Below, one piece after another: positions 1 to 8,052 of a DNA stretch of 64,000 nucleotides. The notes below the pieces were generated by a model. That model was not told the origin of the DNA and searched no databases. It was given only the letters and a program-made list of their open reading frames with translations. This stretch comes from Gemmatimonadota bacterium (GTDB taxonomy: Bacteria > Latescibacterota > UBA2968), in assembly GCA_002727195.1 (NCBI GenBank), contig PBWH01000003.1, positions 16,142-80,141 on the forward strand. Direction: 5' to 3'. The position numbers were made by a program, and so were the translations under genes. Within the stretch, counting starts at the first letter, position 1; each line of letters starts with the position of its first letter.

Positions 1-116
1 GCGAGTAGGGACATCGCCTCTTCGATTTCTTCGTCCTGTCCTTCCAGGACATACTGCTTCTCGCGCTGCAGTTCGGACCCGTTCTCTTCGTCCTTCTTGA
101 AGAAGCCCTTCAGCAT
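1..116 (-). CDS. Hypothetical protein, 5' part only (runs off the window start)
   Basis: ATG at 116 preceded by a GGGGGA SD-like sequence; open frame MLKGFFKKDEENGSELQREKQYVLEGQDEEIEEAMSLL... to the window edge; promoter-like sequence upstream. Confidence 0.6.
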   Translation of the reverse strand, partial: MLKGFFKKDEENGSELQREKQYVLEGQDEEIEEAMSLL

Positions 117-171
117 AAGTTCCCCCCGATACTCCCGAATCGCTCAATCGTGTAATTCAAGGCACAGCACA

Positions 172-200
172 AATTTATGCCAATTCAGGGGGGGCGTCAA
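172..200 (-). promoter_or_regulatory. Putative sigma70 promoter for the partial gene at 116
   Basis: Minus strand reads TTGACG-17 bp-TAAATT. Confidence 0.5.
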
Positions 201-239
201 ATCAGCGGGCGGCGCGAAATTCAGAAGGTGAGCTTATAG

Positions 240-1007
240 CTACAGCCGGCGGATATGGAATCCACCGTCGACCGGGATCGCAGCTCCGGTCGTGAAGTCG
301 AGCAGCCCGGAGGCGATTGCCACGACCGCTTTGCCGATGTCGTCGGGCTGTCCCCACCGGCGGATCGGTGTCAGGCCATCGGTGATCAGCTTGTCGTACT
401 TGTCCTTTACGGGATCCGTCATGTCTGTCTGGATGATCCCTGGCTGGATCTCGTTGACCGTGATGTCGTGCTCGGCCAGCCGATCGGCGAACAGCTGCGT
501 CATCATGGAGAGACCTGTTTTCGACAGGCAGTATTCGCCCCGGTTGATCGACGTCGTGAACGCAGATATAGACGAAATGACAACGATCCGGGCCGCTTCG
601 ATCGTGCCCGCGGTCTTGAGGTCGATCATTTTGTTGGCGGCGTATTGCGTCAGGAAATAGGGCCCCCGGAGGTTCGTGGCCATGACTTCATCATAGCTCT
701 GGGTCTCCGCGTCGAGGAGGTCCGCCCGCACTCGAGGGGCGATTCCGGCGTTGTTGACCAGCAGGTCGAGGCGCCCGAACGCCTCGAGAGTTTTGTCCAC
801 CAGGTTGCGCCCGTCTTGGGTTTCGGTCACGTTTGCCTGGCAGATCTCTGCCCGGACGCCGTGTGACGAGACCGATTCAGCGGCTTCCTTGGCCGCATCC
901 TCGTTGCGCGTGTAGTTGATCATGATGTCGTGGCCGGCGGCTGCGAGCGATTCGGCGATTCCTCGGCCGATGCCTCGGCTCGAGCCGGTGACGATTGCTG
1001 TCGGCAT
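240..1007 (-). CDS. Short-chain dehydrogenase/reductase (3-ketoacyl-ACP reductase-like SDR)
   Basis: TGSSRGIG Rossmann motif, NNAG, YCLSK catalytic motif, VDGG C-terminus; start moved to ATG 1007 (MPTAIV) behind a CAGGAG SD. Confidence 0.9.
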   Translation of the reverse strand: MPTAIVTGSSRGIGRGIAESLAAAGHDIMINYTRNEDAAKEAAESVSSHGVRAEICQANVTETQDGRNLVDKTLEAFGRLDLLVNNAGIAPRVRADLLDAETQSYDEVMATNLRGPYFLTQYAANKMIDLKTAGTIEAARIVVISSISAFTTSINRGEYCLSKTGLSMMTQLFADRLAEHDITVNEIQPGIIQTDMTDPVKDKYDKLITDGLTPIRRWGQPDDIGKAVVAIASGLLDFTTGAAIPVDGGFHIRRL

Positions 1008-1094
1008 GGATGACTCCTGATTCGATTGGACGCTGTCAGATTCGGGTGCTAAGATAATCAAAAGCGTCGAGCGACGGACCTAAACGGAGAGGTT

Positions 1095-1634
1095 ATGTCA
1101 ATATTGAAGGTGTCACAGATGGGCCATCCCGTACTGAGACGAGTCGCGGACCCTGTCGATCCGGATCAAATCCAGTCGGAAGCCTTCCAGCGATTGGTGA
1201 ATGACATGGAAGAAACGATGGTCGCTTACCAGGGGGCTGGACTGGCTGGCCCACAGGTTCACGTTTCGAACCGGATCCTGGTATATCAATCGCAGGACGA
1301 TGAGGGGATGCCCGAGATTCAAACCCTCGTGAACCCCGAAATCACGCCAGAGAACGACGAAATGGAGCACGGTTGGGAAGGGTGTCTGAGTATTCCGGGA
1401 ATTATGGGCTCCGTACCCAGGTACACCCGGATTCGCGTGAGTGCATTGGACGACGAGGGTGAGCGGGTCGATTACACTGCGGAAGCGTTCGAGGCGCGGG
1501 TCATCCAACACGAGGTAGACCACCTGGATGGAATCCTGTATTTTGACCGTATGGATGACCTCAAAGCCTTAACGTTTCGGGCTGAATACAAGATGTTCTG
1601 TGCCGGACATGAGGACGACGGAGAAGAGGAGTAG
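1095..1634 (+). CDS. def: Peptide deformylase
   Basis: All three PDF motifs present: GAGLAGPQ, EGCLS, QHEVDHLDG; GGAGAGG SD. Confidence 0.95.
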   Translation: MSILKVSQMGHPVLRRVADPVDPDQIQSEAFQRLVNDMEETMVAYQGAGLAGPQVHVSNRILVYQSQDDEGMPEIQTLVNPEITPENDEMEHGWEGCLSIPGIMGSVPRYTRIRVSALDDEGERVDYTAEAFEARVIQHEVDHLDGILYFDRMDDLKALTFRAEYKMFCAGHEDDGEEE

Positions 1635-1680
1635 CCCTCATTTTACTGGAGAATGCGACTTTTCTGCCGAAAATAAGAGT

Positions 1681-2148
1681 GTGAAAGCGCTTTTCGACAT
1701 TTTGGGTGGATTCCGGCTGCTGGCTGTGCTGGCACTGCTCTTTGTGGTAGAGGGATGTGCGGTCCGACGCGTCCCCCCGGTTCGCTATCTGCCGCTCGTT
1801 GGAAACAGGGGGGATAGCTCTATGGAGGCTATCCTCGAGCGTGCCCTGACGGACAAGAATCCGGTCGTCCGACTGGACGCCGTTAGGTTGTTAGGGACAA
1901 TGCACGCGACCCCAGAAGAGCAGAGGCGAAGCGCCTCGGCACTCGGGCGTGCACTCAAGGACAAGGATGAGAATACAAGGCTGGAGGTGGTCAAGGCCCT
2001 GGCGAATTTCTCCCCCGACATCGCCGGTCCGTACCTGATGCAAGCCATGAAAGACGAGAGCATTCGGATCAGGCTCCAGGTGGTTATGGTGCTTCGACGG
2101 TCCTATGAGAAAGCGAACGCACAGGTTCAGGCGGTTCAGGGGCAGTAG
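1681..2148 (+). CDS. HEAT-repeat protein, probable lipoprotein
   Basis: GTG start, hydrophobic leader ending in a lipobox-like VEGC; HEAT-like repeats LTDKNPVVRLDAV, LKDKDENTRLEVV, MKDESIRIRLQVV. Confidence 0.7.
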   Translation: MKALFDILGGFRLLAVLALLFVVEGCAVRRVPPVRYLPLVGNRGDSSMEAILERALTDKNPVVRLDAVRLLGTMHATPEEQRRSASALGRALKDKDENTRLEVVKALANFSPDIAGPYLMQAMKDESIRIRLQVVMVLRRSYEKANAQVQAVQGQ

Positions 2149-2175
2149 CGCGCGCCGTCATTGCTGGTTGTTGTC

Positions 2176-2203
2176 AGGCGACCCGTTTGGGTCGTCTTTT
2201 TTT
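2176..2203 (+). terminator. Rho-independent terminator
   Basis: AGGCGACCC-GTTT-GGGTCGTCT hairpin followed by a T run. Confidence 0.8.
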
Positions 2204-2257
2204 GTGTACACGAGTGAAGGCGGTTATGTTAGACGGCCACTCACCACGGAGCACTGG

Positions 2258-2712
2258 ATGGAGCCAGAGAATGCGGAACGCGTCAGAAAGATCATCGAGC
2301 ACTTCAGTATATTCCGACGGATGACCCTCCTCGAGGCGGATGCGATCTTGAAGGTCTGCAAGTTACGGACGTATGCGAAAGGGGAACTCATCGTGCAGGA
2401 GGTGACGAGATGTTGATCCTGCTCCAGGGCAAGTTTGTCGCCACCGCGGGATTGGGGACGATGCTCGGCTACATCCTGCCCGGGTCAACGACGGGAGAGA
2501 TGGGATTGCTGACTGGAAGCCCTCGTTCGGCGAATGTCGTGGCCAGCGCAAAGAACGCCGGCTTCGTCCTCAGAAAGCAGGATCTGCTGCGGCTGTTCGA
2601 GCAGAACGAGCGCCTGAAAATGCGGGTCTACGAGAACCTTGTTATTGTGCTCTGCGGGCGTCTCCGGGATGCGAACGTCAAGGTCGATACCCAGTCTGCG
2701 AGTGTGTTCTAG
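2258..2712 (+). pseudogene. Cyclic-nucleotide-binding-domain protein, frameshifted near 2400
   Basis: Frame 1 gives FSIFRRMT...TYAKGELIVQE; a shifted frame continues GDEMLILLQG...GEMGLLTGSPRSANV, so one cNMP domain is split in two. Confidence 0.7.
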
Positions 2713-3588
2713 ATGGCCCTGCCACAAATCATTATAGGCAACATCAAGGTCACAGTTCTGAGTGCCGGACGGGTTCGGATGGATGGCGGCGCTATGTTCG
2801 GGGTCGTGCCCAAGGGCCTGTGGGCCAGGAAAATTGAGGCAGACGATCGGAATCGAATCGACCTTCAGATGCGGTGTTTGCTGGTCGAAGTGGGCGAGGA
2901 AACTCTTCTGGTCGAGACCGGATTCGGTGGTAAGGTGAACGATCGACTCCGCGAGATCTACGATCTGCGAGAGACGCCCGGGTTGCTCGCTCAGTTGGAA
3001 GAAGCGGGTAAGACTCCTGAGGATGTCGACCGTGTCATTCTAACCCATTTGCACCAGGACCATGCCGGCGGGTCGACCGTTCTTGACAACGGCTCGTTTG
3101 TTCCCGCTTTTCCGAACGCGACATACACGGTTCAGGCGGGGGAGTGGCATGACGCTAGTGATGCCGATGGCCAGACGGCGAATGCGTACCGACGCGAGGA
3201 GGTCCTGGATCCGCTTGAACGCTACGGAAGACTCGATCTTGTCGATGGTGACCAGGATATGGGAAACGGAATCCGTCTCCTGGTGACCCCTGGGCACACA
3301 CGAGCACATCAGTCCGTGTTGATCGAAGATTCGGGGGACGCTCTGTTCTTCGTGGGCGATCTGGTTCCCACCGCCAGTCATCTGAAGCCAATCTATGTGA
3401 TGGCTTATGACCTGTATCCTCGCGAAACCTACGTCAACAAGGGGTTGTTCCTGGAGCGGGCGGCTTCCGAGGACTGGTGGGTCGCTTGGCCCCACGATCC
3501 GGACCTTGTGTGTGGCAAGGTCGTGGTCGACGAAAAAGATGGCTACGCCATCGTGGACGGGGTCTCTGCCATGGGAGAAACAGAATGA
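2713..3588 (+). CDS. MBL-fold metallo-hydrolase (YtnP-like)
   Basis: DGGAMFGVVPK N-terminal signature, THLHQDH metal motif, TPGHT, GDL, MAYDLYP. Confidence 0.9.
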   Translation: MALPQIIIGNIKVTVLSAGRVRMDGGAMFGVVPKGLWARKIEADDRNRIDLQMRCLLVEVGEETLLVETGFGGKVNDRLREIYDLRETPGLLAQLEEAGKTPEDVDRVILTHLHQDHAGGSTVLDNGSFVPAFPNATYTVQAGEWHDASDADGQTANAYRREEVLDPLERYGRLDLVDGDQDMGNGIRLLVTPGHTRAHQSVLIEDSGDALFFVGDLVPTASHLKPIYVMAYDLYPRETYVNKGLFLERAASEDWWVAWPHDPDLVCGKVVVDEKDGYAIVDGVSAMGETE

Positions 3589-4184
3589 AAATCCTAGTGA
3601 CTGAAACAGTTTCTTCATCTTTCCGAGCGCATCTTGCCAACTCGAACGACGTTCGGGGATCGGACGGCCTGGATGTCCGTGAGCCAGATCAGGTGAAACC
3701 ACTCCTGGGAGGAGTGGAGGCGCTTGTTCACGCTGTCCCAACTGTGGCGAAATATCAGTCTGAAGAGGAGACCCTTGATCGTGCGACGCGAGGCGCCTAC
3801 GTGTTGCTTCAGGAGGCCATTGAAGCTGGTGTGCCGCGAGCAATTCTCCTGACCCCACTGGACGCCTTCGACGCGTATGACGCAGACTACGTGATCGACG
3901 AGGCCTGGCGTGCTCGGCCTGGGCCCGAAGCGGGATCCCTGGCGCCCGTGCTTGCGGAACGCGTGTTCCGTGAGTTCTCCCGTCAGGGTCCGATCAGTAC
4001 TACTTCCTTGAGGAGTCGAACAATCTGTTCTGTCGATCCAAGCGAGGTGGATCGACGGGCGATCGACACTGTCCTCAAGGCTGACGACGGGGGGAGTGAA
4101 TATCGATACCAGGTCTACAACGTCGACGACAGTGTGCGCTTCCCGCTGCGTGCGGCCAGGAGTCTACTGAAGGGGGTCGGCTGA
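3585..4184 (+). CDS. Degenerate NAD-dependent epimerase/dehydratase-like protein
   Basis: ATGA overlap with the upstream gene; MKILVT start, GVEALVH, TRGAYVLLQEAIEAGVPR resemble extended SDRs, but no GxxGxxG or YxxxK is visible. Confidence 0.55.
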   Translation: MKILVTETVSSSFRAHLANSNDVRGSDGLDVREPDQVKPLLGGVEALVHAVPTVAKYQSEEETLDRATRGAYVLLQEAIEAGVPRAILLTPLDAFDAYDADYVIDEAWRARPGPEAGSLAPVLAERVFREFSRQGPISTTSLRSRTICSVDPSEVDRRAIDTVLKADDGGSEYRYQVYNVDDSVRFPLRAARSLLKGVG

Positions 4185-4984
4185 TGGGGCTGGACACAGG
4201 AAAGGTCTGCATCTTCGGTGCGGGAGGGCCCGTGGGTGCGGCGGCCCAGCACGCGCTCGAGGACCACTACGTGCTTCGCCTGACAGACATCCGGATGGTC
4301 GACGAGATCCTGGAGGCGGGGGAGCCGCAATCGAAGGGGGCTCCCATGCCGACCAGACCTGAGTCGCCTCACGAATGGCGACGAGTGGATGTGGGGAACT
4401 ACGAGGAGGTCCTGTCGGCGGCCGAGGGGATGGACGCGCTAATCAACGTGAGCGTGTTGCGCCACGATCTCGTCCCGGCTTTTCACGTCAATACGATTGG
4501 AGCTTACAACGTGATGAAGGCCGCGGTGGCGTGCGGGATCCGCAAGGTGATCCATACCGGTCCGCGTCACACACGCCTCGGGTTCGAAGGCGACTATTGG
4601 GGCGACTTCCGGGTTCCTGACGAGGCGCCGCTACACCCGGGTTCGGATCTGTATGCACTCACCAAATGCCTGGGGGGCGAGATCGTCCAGACATTCGCCG
4701 AGCACTACGATCTTGAGGTCATCACCTTCCTTTATTGTTCGTTCCTTCCAGCCGACGGGGGCAACTCGGCTGACGGTAGCGGGGTGCATCCGCTGGCGAT
4801 TGCCTGGGAGGATACAGGCGAGCCCTTCTTCCACGCGTTGCGGGCGGATCGGATGCCAAACAATTACGAGGTCTTTGACATTCTGGCCGATCTGCCGCAC
4901 GGCAAGTTTGGTACGCATAAGGCTACGCGTTTGCTGGGATGGAAACCGAAGCACTCGTTCGATCGCCTGCTTCGGAAGGGTTGA
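4184..4984 (+). CDS. NAD-dependent epimerase/dehydratase family (uronate dehydrogenase-like)
   Basis: GAGGPVG nucleotide loop, LRLTD, NTIGAYNV, YALTK catalytic motif, LLGWKP end. Confidence 0.8.
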   Translation: MGLDTGKVCIFGAGGPVGAAAQHALEDHYVLRLTDIRMVDEILEAGEPQSKGAPMPTRPESPHEWRRVDVGNYEEVLSAAEGMDALINVSVLRHDLVPAFHVNTIGAYNVMKAAVACGIRKVIHTGPRHTRLGFEGDYWGDFRVPDEAPLHPGSDLYALTKCLGGEIVQTFAEHYDLEVITFLYCSFLPADGGNSADGSGVHPLAIAWEDTGEPFFHALRADRMPNNYEVFDILADLPHGKFGTHKATRLLGWKPKHSFDRLLRKG

Positions 4985-5032
4985 TCCTGCCGTATCGGTT
5001 TGACTCGATCGATCGAACGGTCTATTTTGTGC

Positions 5033-5063
5033 GGGCGCCTCGCTAGCGGGGCGCTCTTCGTTT
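5033..5063 (+). terminator. Probable intrinsic terminator
   Basis: GGGCGCCTCGCT/AGCGGGGCGCTC hairpin followed by TTCGTTT. Confidence 0.55.
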
Positions 5064-5091
5064 GTACCCTCCGGACCCGACATACTCCCAT

Positions 5092-5844
5092 ATGCCAAGA
5101 AGCCGCTGTCATTTTGCGCTCCTAGCGCGCCTCCACGACGCCATGCGCGAAAGTCTGCCCGACATCGCGGAATTGGCCGACCGCGAGCTTCCCACCCTCT
5201 GTGCTGGCAGCGTCGCGCCCGATGCCGTTCGCTATTACTCGGATCTCGGGAAGTTCGGTACCCACTTCTACCTCGAGAATCGCAAGGATACGTGGGGGCG
5301 CTCCGTGAGCGGCATGTTCGAAGCGCATCCCGAACTATCCGACCCGGGAAGTTTAGGGGATCGTGAAGTGGCCTTGTTGATCGGCTATATATCACACCTG
5401 ACGGTTGACGAAGCCTTCCGTGATGAAATCACCTACCAGGTGCACGGAATCGACAACTGGCGGCCCCTGATCAAGGGGCTCTGGTCCCTGGCCGACGAGT
5501 TCGACATCCACTATTCCGGCCTCGTGAAGACGCTTGCGGCCTACGCGGGGGATTGGAGCGTGGGCTTTATCGATGGTGCGATGATCCGGAACTACCTAGG
5601 CCTCGTGGGTCCGTGGGCAGAGACAGCCGATCCCTGGGAGGCTGAGCAGGTTTTTCATCGCCTAGTTGGCGACACGACCCCTGCAGATGAAGCGCGAGCC
5701 ATCTTCGAGGAGAACCGTCAGAACGCCGCATCGCTCCTGGATCGCGATCGCCTGGACCGGTTTGCCGAAAGGGCTGTCGCGTCTGGTCTGGAAGAGGTCC
5801 GGGCTTACGTGAACGGCGGTTTCTGCAAGATGCCGTGCACTTGA
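5092..5844 (+). CDS. Zinc-dependent phospholipase C/P1-nuclease-fold family protein
   Basis: N-terminal MPxxxxH, GSVAPD, THF and GYISHLTVD motifs typical of Zn_dep_PLC proteins; no signal peptide. Confidence 0.65.
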   Translation: MPRSRCHFALLARLHDAMRESLPDIAELADRELPTLCAGSVAPDAVRYYSDLGKFGTHFYLENRKDTWGRSVSGMFEAHPELSDPGSLGDREVALLIGYISHLTVDEAFRDEITYQVHGIDNWRPLIKGLWSLADEFDIHYSGLVKTLAAYAGDWSVGFIDGAMIRNYLGLVGPWAETADPWEAEQVFHRLVGDTTPADEARAIFEENRQNAASLLDRDRLDRFAERAVASGLEEVRAYVNGGFCKMPCT

Positions 5845-5925
5845 GGGTCGTAGGAATCGGTTGACGAGAAAGGAAAACGAAAGCTGTTTTCAGCTGTAAT
5901 TTTCTACCCCGAACAAATTGAGTTC

Positions 5926-8052
5926 ATGCAGAAACAAATCCTAATCAGCCTGGTGGCGATCTTTGCTGTCTTTGGCGCGATCGTGGAGGTACTGGGCCAC
6001 CTCACCTGGCATCTGTCTCCGCGAGATCCGAAAGCGATTGAGGAGGCTGGCCAGTTCCAGGTCGTGCTGGGATCGCTCGTCGAGTCTCCGGAGGCCGGCC
6101 TTGCGAGTGTAGGGCCTTCACGAGCACCGGAACTTTTCACAAATGTGGAGGTGCCCAACTCGGCACCAACGACAACGGTCACGCCGGTACATTCCGTTTG
6201 CGAGTGGACGAGCGACCACGGGAGCTTCTCTGAGTCGCCGCTACTGGCCGCGCGCGTGCAGGCGTCAAAGCTGCCCACTGTCGAGAAACGCATACCCACG
6301 CAGCCGCTCGTTGTGGTGCCCCCTGACCAAAACGGACCCTACGGTGGCACGTGGACGAGGTTGGGGACGGGGCCCAAGGACATCAATATCGTCGAGGCGC
6401 GATTCGCCTATGAGGGCCTTGTTCGGTGGGGGCCCTGGGGAAAGAAGATCCTTCCAAACATCGCGCGGAAGTGGGAGGTCACGGAAGAAGGCCGGGTCTT
6501 CACCTTCTGGCTTCGCGAGGGAATGCGGTGGAGCGACGGTCACCCCTACACGGCTGACGACATCGTTTTCTGGCGTGACGAGATCCTGCTGAACAAGGAG
6601 ATCACACCCGTTATCAAGCGGGAACTGAAGCGTGCCGGAGAACCGGTTCAGGTTGAGAAGGTCAGCGACTACGTTGTCCGGTTTCGGTTCAAGGAGCCCC
6701 ACGGCCTGTTCCTGAAGGGACTGGCAACGGGACTCGGGTATGAGATCGCGCGCGAGCCCGCTCACTATCTGAAGCGATACCTGCCGAAGTTCTGCGGTCA
6801 AGCATACATCGACTCGCTTGCTGCCGTAAACGGGTTCGATCACTGGGTGCCGTATTTCAAGACCCTACGTGAGTGGCGGAATGTGGATCTCCCAAGAACC
6901 TGGCCGTGGGTCATCAAGGAACCGCCTCCCGCTCAGCCGGCCGTCCTCGAACGGAACCCCTACTACTGGAAGGTCGATCCTGAAGGCAATCAGCTGCCCT
7001 ACATCGATCAAATGACCTTCGATGTCTTCGATCAAGAGACGATCAACTTCAAAGCGATCAATGGTGAGATGGGCATGCAAGGCCGCCACCTGATCTTTGA
7101 CAACTTCCCGCTGTTTATGGAGAACACGGCGAAGGGCGGCTATCGTGTCGTTAAGTGGCCCAGTGGTAGCGGGTCGCCCCTCCTGATCGCGCCCAACCTC
7201 AACCACAAAGATCCCGTCCTCCGGGCTCTGATCGAGAATCGCCGTTTCCGGATCGCACTCTCGTACGCGATCAACCGGCAGGCCTTGAACGAGATTGCCT
7301 ACTTTGGGATTGCTACCCCACATCAGGTCGCTCCACCTCCTCTTTCGAAGTATTACAGTGAATCGTTCGCCAAGGCGTATACGGAATACGATCCAGAAAG
7401 GGCGAACGCGTTGCTCGACGAGTTGGGTCTCACCGAGCGAACGTCTCGAGGGATCCGGTTGCGGCCCGACGGTGAGCCGCTTGTGGTCTACATCGAAACG
7501 ACTTCCCTCAATAACCGGGCGCTCGAGCTCGTCGCAGCGGACTGGACAGCCGTCGGCGTGAAAGCAGAAGTCAAAGAGAAGGCGCGGCAGCTGTTCTGGG
7601 AAAACCAGAAAGCGATGAATCACGACTTTGCGACGTGGGGTGGGGCCGACGAATTCGAGCCTACGCTGGACCCCCGGTGGCTCGTTCCCTGGAACGACAG
7701 TTCGATTCATGCCCAGAACTACGCAAGGTGGTTTCGAACAGGTGGTCGGCAGGGCGAAAAACCGCGTGATGCAGACATGCTCAGGGTTATGGAATTGTAT
7801 CGTCAGATCGAAACGTCCATGGATCCTGAAGCGCAGGCGCGTTATATCGAAGAGGTCCTGGATCTGAACGAGAAGAACTTGTGGGTGATTGGTACGGTCG
7901 GCCGGACACCATCGATCTTCCTCGTGAAGGACACGTTCGTGAACGTTCCCGAGAAGGCACTGGCCGGGTGGTCGTTCCGGTGTCCCGGTAACACGGCAGT
8001 GGAGTGCTACGCGATCGATCCGACGAAATCAAGCAAGGGTGACCGAGGGTGA
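5926..8052 (+). CDS. ABC transporter substrate-binding protein, family 5 (Opp/Dpp-type)
   Basis: ESPLL...KLPTVEKRIP, YGGTW, LREGMRWSDGHPYTADD, ERNPYYWKVDPEGNQLPYID; N-terminal hydrophobic segment. Confidence 0.9.
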   Translation: MQKQILISLVAIFAVFGAIVEVLGHLTWHLSPRDPKAIEEAGQFQVVLGSLVESPEAGLASVGPSRAPELFTNVEVPNSAPTTTVTPVHSVCEWTSDHGSFSESPLLAARVQASKLPTVEKRIPTQPLVVVPPDQNGPYGGTWTRLGTGPKDINIVEARFAYEGLVRWGPWGKKILPNIARKWEVTEEGRVFTFWLREGMRWSDGHPYTADDIVFWRDEILLNKEITPVIKRELKRAGEPVQVEKVSDYVVRFRFKEPHGLFLKGLATGLGYEIAREPAHYLKRYLPKFCGQAYIDSLAAVNGFDHWVPYFKTLREWRNVDLPRTWPWVIKEPPPAQPAVLERNPYYWKVDPEGNQLPYIDQMTFDVFDQETINFKAINGEMGMQGRHLIFDNFPLFMENTAKGGYRVVKWPSGSGSPLLIAPNLNHKDPVLRALIENRRFRIALSYAINRQALNEIAYFGIATPHQVAPPPLSKYYSESFAKAYTEYDPERANALLDELGLTERTSRGIRLRPDGEPLVVYIETTSLNNRALELVAADWTAVGVKAEVKEKARQLFWENQKAMNHDFATWGGADEFEPTLDPRWLVPWNDSSIHAQNYARWFRTGGRQGEKPRDADMLRVMELYRQIETSMDPEAQARYIEEVLDLNEKNLWVIGTVGRTPSIFLVKDTFVNVPEKALAGWSFRCPGNTAVECYAIDPTKSSKGDRG

